Source: Octopus sinensis
Taxonomy: Eukaryota
Assembly: GCF_006345805.1 (NCBI RefSeq)
Contig: NC_042998.1
Span: 112,654,001-112,718,000 of the forward strand
Direction of reading: 5' to 3'
Length of the DNA: 64,000 nucleotides
Shown here one piece after another: positions 1 to 13,725 of this stretch. Every line of letters starts with the position of its first letter. The stretch's first letter is position 1. A program made the translations under genes and the position numbers. A model generated the notes under the pieces. The model was given only the letters and a program-made list of their open reading frames with translations, had not been told where the DNA came from and did no database searches.

Positions 1-1004
1 TGCCAAAATTTGAAGCCAAAATTAATATTCCTGCTTCCTAGTATATTGTACATATATGTTCTCCATGTGTAATAGATTACATTATTTTTTAAATTCTAAT
101 TTAGAGCTTTGAGCACCCTGTATATATTGTACACAGATATATCGAAATATATACTCGGATCACACACACATACATATACACATACAAGGAAAATGGTGAG
201 GTTAAGAAATTTCGGCTGTGTATTCATAATGGGACAGCCTGCCAAAGGTTACATGTTATATAGCAGAAATTTCTAAGTAACTGTCAACTGTTTCTTGAAA
301 AAATAATAGGTCATTCTTCTAAAAGGTATGATGTGCTTCTTTCATTTAAAAACAGGCGTTTATTACATGGGCATTTTTAATCATCGATCTGCTCGTTCAG
401 GTCTGACCTGAAGCTAAATAACGAGTAGCATCATCGATGTGGACCTTCTATTTCACTTCATTAAGTAACAAGTAATTTCTGCATAGAGTTCGAAGTTGGC
501 ATAGAAATAAGAAATCTGCAATGAGCAGTTTCGGTGGTATGAGCAAATTTTCTGCATGAACCATACAAAAGTTCTATAGCTTTAGAGAAAGGCAGTCGCA
601 AAAGTAATCACAATAAGACTAACATACATTGAAAGAACATTCGGTTTTTAGAAACTGAATCTCACAGCGAGAATTTACCGCTCTATGATCAGAAAATATT
701 GGGGACAAATATTTTCTGGCCATTCAGAAATTACCACAGATCCGCTTGTAATCGGCTTTCTGAGACTTTCGCTCGTAACCAACTATGTCACTGATTTTAC
801 ATAAACACACACATATATGGGTATACACCGCAGACACATACATGTACCATATTTATGGTTAGGATTAGGGCGATTAATAGAAAGAATCGTTAGTGTTAGA
901 TAAAATACCTTGAGGTATTTAGTTCGGCGCACCTCGTTTAGAATTCAAATTTCGTCAAAGTCGACTTCGCCTTTCATCCTTTCATGCTAACAAAAATAAA
1001 GGAG

Positions 1005-1310
1005 CACTCTGTCGGTTATGACGACGATGGTCCCAGCTGATTCGATCAACAGAACAGCTTGCTCGTGAAATTAACGTTTCACAGACACGTGTACCCTTAA
1101 CGTAGTTCGCAAGGAGATTCAGCATGACACAGAATGTGACAAGGCTGGCCCTTTGAAATACAGGTACTACTCATTTTTGTCAGCTGAGTGGAATGGAGCA
1201 TCGTAAAATAAAGTGTCTTGATCAAGGACAGAACGCGTCACCGGGAATCGAACTCACAACCTTACGATCATGAGCCGAATGCCCTAACCACTAAGCCACG
1301 CAACCTCACG
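1005..1310 (-). mobile_element. tRNA-derived SINE (family B), nested in a decayed family A SINE (about 870-1000 and 1310-1420)
   Basis: Minus-strand head GCGTGGCTTAGTGGTTAGGG...GAGTTCGATTCCC carries A and B boxes. The body matches the copies at 53495 and 62610. Confidence 0.75.
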
Positions 1311-1600
1311 AGCAAAAATAAATGAGTGGCAGATACTAAGGGGGGGTATAATCAATTTATATACCGCCTATCACAAAATATATTGTCGGTTTTGTCTCTC
1401 ATTTAGAATTCAATATTTGAACCCGACTCTCCAGTTTGTGTATTACGGCCAGTCATTACTTAAAGCGAGCGTTAACAGAATGTGAGTCAACGATAATGTA
1501 AATACGTGTTCGTCTAACTTGTTAAAACTTTATGCTACAATCATTTTCAACATCTGTCCGGCGGGCACATTTACGAGATGCGAATTTGGATAATACTCGG

Positions 1601-1635
<35 letters not shown>

Positions 1636-2077
1636 TTTTCTGTCTGTCTGTCTATCTAAATATATCGTGTATGGATATCTGTGCCTGTATTTGAGTGTGG
1701 GTGCTTGTGCTTGTGTGGAGGGGGGCGAGTGTGTGTGCATATGTGTATGTATGTGTGTGTCCACAGGAACAAATATACACACGGATATTCTATGTAGCCA
1801 ATATGGTAGCGGTCAATATAAATGTTTAAAAACTCAAAATATCACGAACAGTTAAGGCTTGACCTTAACATAAGTTTAAACAAAGACTTAATACCTATCA
1901 GCTTTCACATAACTGACGTCATTAAAAAACTATTCTTTATTGGTTCTTATTGATTTCTTTGACTGGAACACAAAATCTCTTATGAAAATATGATTGCTGA
2001 GGAACCATATGTGGGTCAGAAGATCCACTAAAATAACAGCCAAATCTCCTTGAAATCACATTTTACCGTCTTAAAAG

Positions 2078-2109
<32 letters not shown>

Positions 2110-2110
<1 letters not shown>

Positions 2111-3025
2111 GTGGTCAACTGTCTCATTCTGTTGGTTGCACATTCTGCATTTGCTGTTGGAAACTGTTTTCATTATTTTGCTTTTATAGTTCTTAGTGGT
2201 CAGGCATTGGTCTTGTGCAACGAGAATCAGTCCTTCCGTTTTTGTATTTAGTTTTGGGGCCACTGTTAGCTATGACTTAGGTTCACTTCTCTGTCAAGCC
2301 TTACAGAGTATTAGTCATGGAGTGACTTTTCCCTCCATTTCTCCTTTAGAATGTTTTGTAATTCTGTTTTCATGTTGTTGTTTTGTCTTTGTTTTTTTGG
2401 GTTTTTTTTGTTTTTTTGTCTCTTTGATCATTTCTGCAGTGTTGTCATCTGAGATTAATGTTTCCGTGTAGCCTGCTTCTATTTTGTAATTTTTCGCTTC
2501 CTGGTCTATAAAGAAAGGTGTTTTCATTTTTTTTTATCGTTTTGCTTTATTTCATGTAACAATCATTCACTTTTGTTTCTTAGTATTTTTCTAGTTCACC
2601 CGTTACTTTATAGTAGTTCTCTATCTGTCACGCCTCGACCTCCTTTTGAGTGGGGTAGATATATTCTGTCTCTGTCTGCTTTAAGGCAATGACTTCGGTG
2701 TGTTGTTAATAGTTTCCTGGTTTTTCTAAGTTTCTCAGTTCTCTAATCTTCCAGTTAATTCTGATAAAGCTGTAATTTATTACTGGTTTGGTTAACGTAT
2801 TTATCCCTATTATCTTATTTTTAGCATTGAGTTCAGCATATAATATTAGTTTAACTCTTCTGTAATATTCTCTCTTAATTTTCTCTTCCATTTCGGTGTG
2901 TTTTATTTTAGCTGTTTCGTCTATTCCTATTTCTAATTGTATGGGCAATTATAGTCTAATTCTCTGATTTCTGTGTCTATGTCGAATGCAATGCTTTCAG
3001 CACTGATTAATTTGCTTCTTCCTAA
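2110..3025 (-). mobile_element. Decayed R4/Dong-like RLE non-LTR retrotransposon fragment
   Basis: KIKREYYRRVKLILYAELNAKNKIIGINTL and TEGLILVAQDQCL...CRMCNQQNETVDHI are homologous to the 55-58 kb elements. Frameshifted, and ends in (GATA)n. Confidence 0.85.
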
Positions 3026-3044
3026 TGTCACTTTGGCACATTTG

Positions 3045-3830
3045 TCCAACCCATGCTCATCTCGATGTCCTTGCTGAAACAAAGTGTTGTTTTCTGCAAG
3101 TGTTCCACCCTTATTGCAGCCCCTATTTGTTCCACGTACTTCTCGAAATTTTTACTCACTGTTCCCAGGGTTCCGACTGTTGTTAGTACTACTGCTACCT
3201 TTTTCATCGACCACAACTACTTAACTTCCCAAGCTAACCTGCCATATCTCTCGACTTTTCTTTCGTCCTTATCGCATGCCTTGTTGTCAGCTGGGCATGC
3301 TATATCTATGATCCAGCATAGTACGTTTTCTTTCTCAATTAAGACTATATCCGGCTTCCTATTCTCTATCTCATGGTCGCACTGAATCATAAAACCCCAT
3401 AGGATCTTTGCATTTCTATTTTCGACGATGCCTTCAGGTTTGTGGTCGCATCAATTTTTTACTCTGTCAAGTCTATACTTGTTGCAGAGAGTACAATGGA
3501 CAAGCCTGGCGTCTCATATTCCTTCTGGGCAAGTGGCATACATTCGCTGGTAATATGCGATACTATTTCACCGTTTTATCCACAGATTCTGCTCTTATCG
3601 CTTCCTGCTGCGTTGTCTATTCTGTATTTTATGTAGTTTGTTCTTAGTGCTTGCTCTTGAACAGCACAGATTAGAGCCTCCGTTTCCGGTTTTAAATCAC
3701 TTTTAGCCATCCACAGCCATCTTTTTTCTCTGTCTGTCTTACCTTCAACATCCCTATCAAATTGACCATGTATTCTTTTCTTTACCCACCTATTTTCAGT
3801 TTCATTCGTTTTCAATTGCTTGTACAGTGC
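3045..3830 (-). mobile_element. Second R4/Dong-like LINE 3' fragment (different subfamily)
   Basis: IHGQF...WLWMAKSDLKPETEALICAVQEQALRTNYIK...RICG, followed by the RLE region and C-terminal VGTLGTVSKNFEKYVEQIG. Confidence 0.85.
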
Positions 3831-4459
3831 TTTATCATCATTATTATAAACTCTATAAGAATGTAGAGAGAGACAAGCGCTGTAATTCTGTCGCTGCATC
3901 TAGTATAAATGCTTCTTATAGATTAGTAGTAGGGAATATGGCGAATAGAGATAAAGAGAAAAACAGAGAAGGGGAAGAGGAAAAAGAGGGCTGTGAGATG
4001 AACAAGAGTCTACTCCAGTCTGAAAGCAAAGCTTAAGTACAATATATTCCAAGATACAGCCGAAATGAAGGGAGGTCGTAAAAGTAACCAGGTTATGTAG
4101 TTGAGAGTAAAACAAAGCTTGGGGTGGGGAATAATTAAGAGAGAAGAAAGGTCAATTTTAAACATTAAGGCGTATTTAGATTGATTTGAGTAAATCGATC
4201 TCTGGCAAAAAAAGGGTTTGAGCAATTTATATTGACAGAAAGTAAATACGTCACAGAATTTGTTAAGAAGAAAGTTTCCAGTTTTTAATAACATTTCTAG
4301 TGATTTTCGGTAACATAAATTACACGCTACTCCTCTTCCCTAGTACAGTATTGCAGTCTTAACGACAGACCAGGAGATAGGATATATTTTTAATCTTGAG
4401 GTGATAAATGTAAGTTGCCAGTGACGTATGTTTATAATTCCAATCAGGCTGTCTTGGTA

Positions 4460-4462
<3 letters not shown>

Positions 4463-4530
<68 letters not shown>
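4463..4530. repeat. (TA)n microsatellite, one example of many
   Basis: Direct observation. Other TA tracts lie near 16290, 19380, 19675, 32235, 35485, 35880, 49745 and 52058. Confidence 0.95.
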
Positions 4531-4534
<4 letters not shown>

Positions 4535-4714
4535 CAAATAAGAAAATGGAGAAACAATTTAGTTGGTTCATCTACTTTAGGGTATTAGAATGTTGACTTA
4601 TTTATTTATTTAACAAAAACGAGAACCTTAATAACATATATATATACATTATAATTCAATGCATATAAGATAAGAATACAATTATAAAAATCTTTATATA
4701 AATTATTGAAAACA

Positions 4715-4839
4715 TTATAATCACTCTTATAGCTGTTTCAGCCTATGGAAAAAAGTAGTTTTTCAGTGCCTATAGTTGTCAGTTATATTGAAGTTGTAGG
4801 CATATAAAAATAGGGTGTAGGCCTCGTCAGTGATTATAA
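4715..4839 (-). ncRNA. Type I hammerhead-like motif with enlarged stem II
   Basis: Minus strand: TTATAATCA-CTGACGA-GGCCTA...TAGGCT-GAAA-CAGCT-ATA-AGAG-TGATTATAA. Confidence 0.6.
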
Positions 4840-5119
4840 AGAACTTTCAAATTATAAATTCATGAAACAGGATACACGTACAATTTAATATATATATAAA
4901 TATAAACAAATAACTATATACACATATATATATATATACATACATAAGCAAAGTATATACACCTTTACATGTGTATAAATACATAAGCACAATTAAACAA
5001 TATGTCCAAGCAAATAGACCATTCGTCATATACATATATACTGGAACATATACATACGTCCATGCTACGACACATTCTCACTCTGTCTCTTTTATTTCTC
5101 TCCCTCACTATCTCTCACT

Positions 5120-5175
<56 letters not shown>

Positions 5176-6419
5176 GCACTCTCACTATTAATCCATGCCT
5201 CTGTGTTTCCTTTTTTATGCTTTTGTTTTCCTGTCCATATTTCACATTAGTTTCACATACATACATCTGTAGGAAGCATACTTAGTTGAATTGACACTGT
5301 AGGGTAGAGATGATAAACTTATGACGTGCTATGGGTTTTTAAGTAACAAGCGATGGACTTCGAAAAGAAAGTATCCTCCTGAAATATCATGTTATACAAA
5401 AACATATCCCTGAATATTTGTCTATAACTAAAATACATGTAATCCACACGCCAATATCAGAATTATTAAAATAAACAATATTTTCCACACGTTGTGCAAA
5501 AAGGCTCGCCATCGTTGTTGCAGTGGTTAAGATATATAGATAGCTGGACTAGTACTAAGATGTTATTGTACAATAGTAGGGATGCACATGAAGTTCGACC
5601 TTAAAACGAAATGAATTGAGAATGTACGATGCTATCTCTCGTCTGTCACTACATCGTCCTTAGTATAAATTCCACACAGCATAATACTATAGCAAAGATT
5701 CCACATTAATTCTTTCTGATATTTAACACAAGGCCAGCAATGTTGAGAGAAAGTGAAGGTTGATCACATCGACTCCAGTGCCGAACTGGTACTTATTTTA
5801 TCGATCCCCAATAGCCGAAAGGCAAATTCAACTTTCGCGGAATGCTAAATTATATAATACTACATTATAAACATCAGTTTATGTAATATTCTACCATTCT
5901 AATACTATTGCATATACACCACTGTATGTAATTCTACAGCTAAATATTAAACTGTTATACTGTAGGATAAATATTATATTATGAAATACTATTGTATAAA
6001 TACCATCAAATAAATACTAATTATGTAATAATATAACACAAATATCAAAATTGGTAATACAATAGTATTGTAATATCATTGCATAAATACCATACGGCGT
6101 AATGTTATAGCATTTTGATACTACAGCTTAACCTCTAAGCACATTATGTAAAACGATAACACAGTCAACATACTATGTAATACTTTAGCATAAATACCAC
6201 ATAAATATAATACTCTCATGTAAATAATCTTTTCTACTAAAGGCAAAAGACATGAAATTTGGGGCGGAAGGATTAGTTGATAACATCGACTCCAATGTTT
6301 CAATAATACCATATAATATACTACAGCATAAATACTTCAAATGCGGTATAAATATCTCATTGTGCAATACTATAGTATAAAAATCCAAATTTACAATAAG
6401 GGTTTCACATTTTTGCATA

Positions 6420-6620
6420 AAGCTGGCAATTTTAGGGGAGAGGACAAGTCAATTGCACGGACCCCAGTACTTAACTAGTACTTATTTTAACGACTCCGAA
6501 AGGATGAAAGGCAAAGTTGACCTCGGCGGAATTTGAATTCAGAGTGTAAAAACGGACAAAATGCTACTAAGCATTTTGTACTGCATGCTAACTAATGATC
6601 CTGCCAGCCCACCTCCTTAA
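6420..6620 (-). mobile_element. SINE family A (tRNA head plus Deu/Nin-like central domain)
   Basis: Reverse complement of the ...TTCAAATTCCGCCGAGGTCAACTTTGCCTTTCATCCTTTCGG... core. Decayed copies also at about 5730-5845 and 6670-6840. Confidence 0.75.
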
Positions 6621-7119
6621 TCACAATTTATAAGTGTGTAGCATAAATACAGCTTTGTGTAATAAATGTTTCCACTATAGGCACAAGGGAAGTGGGGGCT
6701 AGTCGATTACACTGACCTCTGTGCAAAACTGATACTTTTTTTTATCGACCCCGTAAAAATTAAAGGCAAAGTGTAACTCGGCGATATTTGAACTCAGAAT
6801 GTAAGAAGTACTGCAAAGCATTTTGTCCGGTTTGTTCGCTGCCTGTGTAATAATATAGTGTTGTAATATCACACTGTGTAATATTGTAGCATTGCAATAC
6901 CATAACACAAATACTATATTATGTTGTACTTCAACATAAACACTATAATGCAATTCTACATCATTACTAACAACTAATCTTGACACCAAATACACGTCGC
7001 CTATATTAATTAGCGTATGGCTTAATTTTAACAGCGATAAAGTTGATATCCCAGTACAGATTACAGACCTCGTTTGTTTAAATATAGTTATAAAATATAT
7101 AAAAGAAAATATTGCTTAC

Positions 7120-7490
7120 CAAGACAGGCATTTAAACCCTTCTTCTAAGGTACCAACGAATTCATTACAGGAACTCTCTTTGAAAATATCTTCTTCGTCC
7201 ATTAGATCCGCAAGGCTCTTGCGACGCCTTTCACGGGATTTTTGAAGTAGAGAACTACTGATTTCTTTGAAACCGTGAGCAAATTCGTCAACACTAATGC
7301 GTCCGTCTCCGTCAGTATCCAATTCTTCGAATACATTATTTAGCTCATCCGTTGACAAGTCAGTACATACTGTCGCTAATTCAGACTGGTCAATATATCC
7401 GGAACCATCTAAATCACATGCCCAAAAAAGCTGTTGCATGTTTTGCTCGCCTTCGTCTCCGTTTTTCTTCTCCATATGGTGTAACGCCAT
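7120..7490 (-). CDS. First coding exon of an EF-hand protein, most like RASEF/Rab45 (Ras and EF-hand domain protein) or the CRACR2/EFCAB4 family
   Basis: ORF MALHHMEKK...QQLFWACDLDGSGYIDQSEL...NNVFEELDTDGDGRISVDEF contains two canonical EF-hand loops. The ATG is at 7490, and the frame meets a strong donor TTG|GTAAGC (GT at 7119-7118, phase 2). No downstream exon was recognised in 1-7118. The family call is from memory of the N-terminal architecture, not a search. Confidence 0.85.
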
Positions 7491-8028
7491 TTAATCGTAC
7501 CGGTGCAGAAGTGAAATCACTAAAGCAGACGATAAGATATTCAACAGCAATTATTTTAGTTATTGTAAAAAATAAATGATAAATTGCTATCGAAAGACTT
7601 TTACTTTTTTTCTTTTAACTCTTATTTGTTTTAAAACTACTTTTCTTTTATTTGTTTATCAATCAGTCAGTATCTCGGTTGCATAATTTTTTTATCGCCC
7701 TGAGAAATTTTTTTTTTTTTTTGGTTTCGTTACTCTTATCGTTATTTTTATTTCATAAATCCGTTTTCGATCTTATTTCTTAATTTTCATATCTCTTTTT
7801 TACTTTCCACTTTTTTCTTCTGTCTCTCTCTCTCTCCCTCTCTCACCCTTCCTCTATTTCTTTTTTTTTTTTTTTTTGTTAAATCCTCTTTCAGTTTCAC
7901 AAGATCTGCGACAAATCAAAACGGACAGCAGGAAGGACAGTGGTAAATCAAAATCAAAACTTTTGATGCTGCTTTAACCCGTTGGGTGGAACCATAGATT
8001 GTCTTGGAACATCGTTCTTGCCAGTTTC
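7491..8028 (-). other. Probable 5' UTR part of the EF-hand exon
   Basis: Pyrimidine-rich acceptor TTTTCCCCTTATTCTTACAG|GAAAC (AG at 8030-8029). No competing splice site was obvious between it and the ATG. Confidence 0.5.
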
Positions 8029-8060
8029 CTGTAAGAATAAGGGGAAAATTAACTGAAGTA

Positions 8061-8063
<3 letters not shown>

Positions 8064-8129
<66 letters not shown>

Positions 8130-8275
8130 ATATATACAAATACACACACACATATACATATATAGATAGATACATACATACATACATACATACAAACATA
8201 CATACATACATACATACATACATACATACATACATACATACATACATACATACATACATACATACATACGTATAT
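8064..8275. repeat. Compound microsatellite (TA)n(GA)n(CATA)n
   Basis: Direct observation. Confidence 0.95.
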
Positions 8276-8849
8276 ATGTACAAACAGAAAGAGAGAGAGA
8301 AGACAGAGATAAGGCAGACAGAAGAGAGAGAGAAGTCAAAAGAAGAGGGCAATCTCGATTCTCTTTCAAAGCTTCCGGAGTAGTGATGGTTAAGGGAAGG
8401 AATTGAAGAACTCATCGCCAAGCAGAAGACCTGCACCGAATACTAGTTGCAGAATGGACTCTAGTATAGTTACCCAAAGACCAGGTGGTAGTATTCAGCT
8501 GGGTTACGGATAGCATTTAAAACCCAACAACAGGAACAGTTCGAAGGGCGAACTTCCACACAGTTTCTGTCAACAGAAATTCATTCCCGTAATTAAGAGA
8601 AATATATTGTGAATCAGGACCAACAACGAGATGACAAACAAAAGCAAAAATCAAAAAGACTTACTCTTAAATGTGAGCATTATTTATTTTAACAACTTCA
8701 CTTAGTAAAGTAGAGCTTCGATTTGAGATCAACACAAGTTTGTTTAATAAAAAGGACATGTGTTTCACAATGAAACAGATGGACATTTTCGAAACTTTTC
8801 GCTATGGTAGTCATCTCAGTATTGATAATAATATTGATAGTAAAGATAA

Positions 8850-9195
8850 TGGTGTCGTTGTTGTTGTTGGTGGTGGTGGTCGCCGTCGTCGTCGTCGTCG
8901 CTGTCGTGGTGGTGGTGGTCGTCGTCGTCGTGGTTGTCGTCGTTGTTGTTGTCATCGTCGTTATCGTCGTGGCGGCGGTGGCGGCAGTAATGATAGTGAT
9001 GGTGGTGGTAGTGGTGTTGATCGTTGTCGATGAGGGAGTGTTGCTGCTTTTGTTTGTGGTGATGGTGGTGGTGTTAGGTTAAAAGCATTGTGAGGGGTTA
9101 GTGACTATTTTTATTGTAGTAGTGCTAATGTTTTTAGAGAATGTTGTCGTTGTTGTTGTTGATGATAGTGGTGGTGGTCGTGGTGTTGTTGGTAA
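8850..9195. repeat. Compound GTT/GGT/GTC trinucleotide repeat
   Basis: Direct observation. It explains the poly-T, poly-V and poly-R ORFs. Confidence 0.9.
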
Positions 9196-9619
9196 TATCA
9201 ACGGGGTGTGGCAGAGATAAAAGTTGGCAACATTTTATTTCCTAAAGCTTTCTGTTGACGTGAAATTAATAATAGAAAACAAGAACAACTCAACAATAAC
9301 ACCAACAATGCCAACAACAGACCAACATGACAACTTCTCGCCGGTCGTTCACACTGCTAGAAATACAATCCATATCACCCTCAAATCACAACATACTGTC
9401 TTAGATAGCGGAAGAAAACATTTGATAATATAGTCATGTCGGAACACATTTTCAAATTTCATCTACGACTACACGCACGCACACATATAAGGCAGGTTGG
9501 TCATATCTAGAATGTGCCTGGTCTGGTAAAATGGACAGACACATTGGACAATGTAGTCTTGCTTATGCAAAGGACGCGAAGAGGATCCGACCTAGAGCTG
9601 AATAACCACAACAATCATA

Positions 9620-9842
9620 ATCATTTCTACTATAGGTACAAGGCCTGAAATTTGAGTGAAAGAGGGTGAGTCGGCTACTTCGAGGGTGAGTCGGCTCAAC
9701 TAGTTCTTAATTTATCGACCCAGAAAGGATGAAAAGCGAAGTCGACCTCGACGACATTTGAACTCAGAACGTAATGCGAGAAGAAATACAGCTAAGTACT
9801 CTACCCGGCATGCTAACGATTCTGCCAGCTCGCCGCCTTAAC
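9620..9842 (-). mobile_element. SINE family A
   Basis: Full head AAGGCGGCGAGCTGGCAGAATCGTTAGC on the minus strand, followed by core and tail. Confidence 0.8.
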
Positions 9843-12299
9843 AAGAATAACCATAACAACAATGTGAGTCATAATATCTACAGCAACACAATTTGACAGA
9901 AGGAGAGAGAGAGACAGCGGAGTGGATTACAATTGCTTTTAAAGAAATATGAGAACGGCAACGATCTCATATTTTTTTTATAAATCTACCAGATCTAACT
10001 GGAAATTGAAATCGGGTTCACAGAATTAATTTCAGTGGCTACCCTGCAGCAACAAGCTCTCATAAACAATAGAAATTACTTGTGAAACAGATAAGATTTC
10101 TGAGAAAATAATGAGGATATATATCCGATGGGTAGGTGTTGAAATCGATAGAGCGTGGTACAAAATACTTTGTTGTATATGGTTACTTTCCTTTTATTCC
10201 CTAAATTCAAATCTTTTCGAGGTCTACTTTGCTTTTCATCGCCTCGAAGCCGATAAATAGCTTCCAGTCTAAATTAGTTGTGACAATCGTTGCAATGATA
10301 TATAAACATAAAGAACGTTAACTCAGTGTGGCAGCAGTGTAACAATGACTGGCACTAACAAGAGAATGCTAAATGCTATTCTAGTTAAGATCAAAGATGT
10401 CTTACCTGAAATCAAATGAATAGGCATCGTTAACATATTAATCTTACACCTTAGTCGATAACTTCATTTTAATAAAGAGTCGGATATTATAGCTATTACG
10501 ATAAAGCTTTAACGAAGCTTTTACTTTTCAAAAAGAAAATCTGACTAATCACAAAACTTGTAGAAACAGTTCTTACCTGCAATTTTCGATAGAGATTAGT
10601 GCATGAAGAGAGATCTGACCGGATTAACGAGGCATCGGCCTTCTATCGTCATCGTTGTTCATATGTGTGGTGAACTATTCACTATAAACAACTTAAGGTT
10701 GACCTTGGTGGACTACTTACGACCGTTGTCCACCTACTAGCAACAGCTGTTTATCTGAATTACTTCTCCGTCAACGCAACTACCACAAAGACCACGATTG
10801 CGTAAAATAATTCGTGAAATGATTTTCGATCTTGTTACACACAGGATTTGCTAACAGAACGAAGATGTTTAGTGTGTACACCTAGAAGTAGGGCGGCAGC
10901 AGACTACTCAGCTAGTGATAAAAATAAGAATTTTGGGCTGTAGAAAAGACAGAAGCACCTATATCCTTGTAGTTAGAATAAATTATTTCATTATACAGCT
11001 ACACGCCGAGCCAAACGAAAGAACGTTTACTTTGTGGACCGATCTACTTAAAATAGCAACCAAATCACCCTCAAATCACAATGCCGTCTAATCAGTGGAA
11101 GAACATATTGGATCATGTGATCCTAGATGCATTGTCAATGGTTTGCTCAGTCAGAACCAACCTGGGACTAAACAACAATACGAACCAACGGGGTGGTCTT
11201 CATGTGGCCTGTTAGATTGTTTGGCCTGTTAGCAGTAACAACTAAATCCTCTCCAATCAGAAGGGGCACATCAGATGTTAGCATAGTGTCAAGGTGTTTG
11301 AATTATGATCATGAAGTCGTGGTTTCTTTACCTGAACTGAGCGACGCGTTGTACCTTCAACAGCAAAATACTTCATTCTACTTTACTCCAGTCAACTCAA
11401 TTGTGATACGTACAAGTATTGGTACACCTCTCTTTTCTCGTAACTGTCCCATCCTGGATGTTCCTACATAAAGGCCCTAGAAGGTGTCTATGTCACAACT
11501 GAATGACATGGGTCGCGTCGAAAATCAAAATTATTCCTTTGGCTAAAAGTAAATGTTTATACTTATCACATTCCAACAACGAACCTGCTGATGTTCTTTC
11601 TCTCTTCACTTTGTTCCTTGGCTCGCTACTACATTGGTTTCTGCTCCTTTAAACTTGAAAATATCTACCACTCTCTTCCAATGATTCTGAGATTAAAATC
11701 AGTGGAGGGAATGACTCTGTCCCGCTGAGGTGTCCTATGAATTCTACGTGGTCATCAGTATTAGAGAACATCTTACATATTGTGTCTACCTGTCCAGAAG
11801 ATCTGAGAATTAGTATATTATTCGCATATCTGGATTCTGCGAGTAGATATGAGGTCTGTCTATAAGTGTGTTTCGTGAAACTGATGCATGCGTTGTCAAT
11901 AGTAATGAGTAGAAGTTAAGAAATGTCTGCGGCCGTATGGCCAGAACAGAAAAACTTGGAGGTGATGATTAATGGTTGGAAGTACAAATAATAGGATGTA
12001 GAAAGCTACAACCCCAAAGCTAAAGGTGCATCTATCGTATATGAGTATACCGAGGATCTTGTTGATGGAGTCTTTTGATGATGTACTTGTTTGTTTTACT
12101 CTTAAGAACCCAAGAATAAATAATAAAACGCCCATCAGAATTCATCAAAACTTTTAAGTCTCTGGAACTCCTTACGTACCCATTTTTCCTCTTAAACATT
12201 AATCTACAGAATTTTAACCTGAGCACGAATTGTATCGACCACCCTAGATTAGAAGGCCAACAAGGATATTGTTGCTATCTTCTCTCTAACATTAAGTGA

Positions 12300-12500
12300 T
12301 AATTAACAATTATAGTCGGCATTTTCCCTCATTAGTAGCTATTGTTTGACAGTATAAAATGCGTAACGAGAGGAGAATGTATCTGATGAATTTTATTGTA
12401 GGTGGCATGAGATCAGCTAACCCTGACAAGCAGAGATCACTGTAGTAGCGATAGAAGAGGAATAGTGAGGAGACAGCATTTTTTGTACAACGGTGAAAAC
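12300..12500 (-). mobile_element. Decayed LINE ORF2 C-terminal fragment (Jockey/CR1-like)
   Basis: NAVSSLFLFYRYYSDLCLSGLADLMPP resembles the post-RT 'SLFYRYY.G.CS.EL..L.PP' motif of invertebrate LINEs. Confidence 0.45.
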
Positions 12501-13389
12501 ATTCGTCTACGAATATATTTAAGAGATGAAAACTAACAAAGCGAAAATTAGAATTCATTACAACAGTGATTTTTAATCGGACAATGAAGCAATGAAACTG
12601 TATTTAAGTTTTTATCTTAAGCACACACCGTTGCTTTCATTGAGCGAAAAGTGTCCTGAATAAAAAATACAATTACATGAAGCAAGCAAGAGCAATTGAG
12701 TAGGTGTCTTAATAACCAGTTATTTTAAGAACTGTGGTTGGCAAAATTTAAGGAAAAAATACAAATTGGATAGTAGTTGAGAAAATTATCATGTTTCTAA
12801 TGATTGCTTCAGTGGTTAGACTCAAAATATACACGGTTAAAATATATACTTGCAGTGAAATAAAACAGTGGAAATCAACTAGCTAACTGATGGAGACTAC
12901 ATGGGAGGGCAAGAGAGGTGGTGTAAGATCCTAACTTTCGATAAATTTGCTTCTAAAATGCAGGGAGTCGAAAGATCTTAGGTTGATCTCTATTACTCTC
13001 CTATGCGAACAATGTGAAATTAGTTGTGACAATTGGATAGTTAAACCGTTCTAGAAGACTAAAGTTACAGGGGGAAAAAACAAGAAAAACATGCTCTAAA
13101 TAACCTTCTTATAAGGAAAGATATTTTTAGTAAGATTTGGTCATAATAAGACAGACAGATTTAAAAATAAAAAACAAGGAATGTTACAAAATTTGCTCTA
13201 AAGACCGAAAATTTTAAAATACTTAGACATGAAACAGAGATCTGGAATTAAATCCTCAAAATAGAAATCTAGAGGTGGGAGTAGGTAGATGTAGACACAA
13301 TATCACTGTTTTAGAAGTTAGTATTAGAAGTAATGACATTTATTTTCAATCAAAATTTATAATCAATTATAGACAGAAATTTTCTATAC

Positions 13390-13725
13390 GTGCCCGTTTG
13401 TACCAACACACCCTCTACATCCGGGACTCATTCTACTGCACCTCATCTAATCTGGTATGTTGTATTCAATGTACCCTTAGTAACAGTCTATGTGTTGGTC
13501 ATTCGGCTAGCCAACCGATTCACCGAAAATCTACGTGACGTCCACTTGCGGAAAAAATACCCCCGTCGTCTGTCATCTTTGCTGCGCCGGCCACTCCACA
13601 ACACACGTCACTGTTTTCGGCCTGGCCTTGCACCAAGAATCCACCAACACCAGACTTCGTCTTGAACAGTGCTACGTCTTCATTCTTTAAACCCAAACTC
13701 CATTTTGACTAAACACTACCACCTC
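13390..13725 (+). mobile_element. Penelope-like element GIY-YIG endonuclease fragment
   Basis: IRDSFYCTSSNLVCCIQCTLSNSLCVG / RLANRFTENLRDV. Homologous to DSFTCTSSNVIYCIFCSLCPSLYIG at 59.8 kb. Confidence 0.8.

Noticed and set aside
1-122. Possible Tc1/mariner right end (...GAGCACCCTG|TA)
   Set aside because: The partner TIR would lie outside the window; insufficient support.
5860-7000. Regularly interspersed AT-rich repeats (CRISPR-like appearance)
   Set aside because: Decayed pentanucleotide-like low complexity plus SINE pieces; no fixed repeat-spacer structure, and the DNA is eukaryotic.
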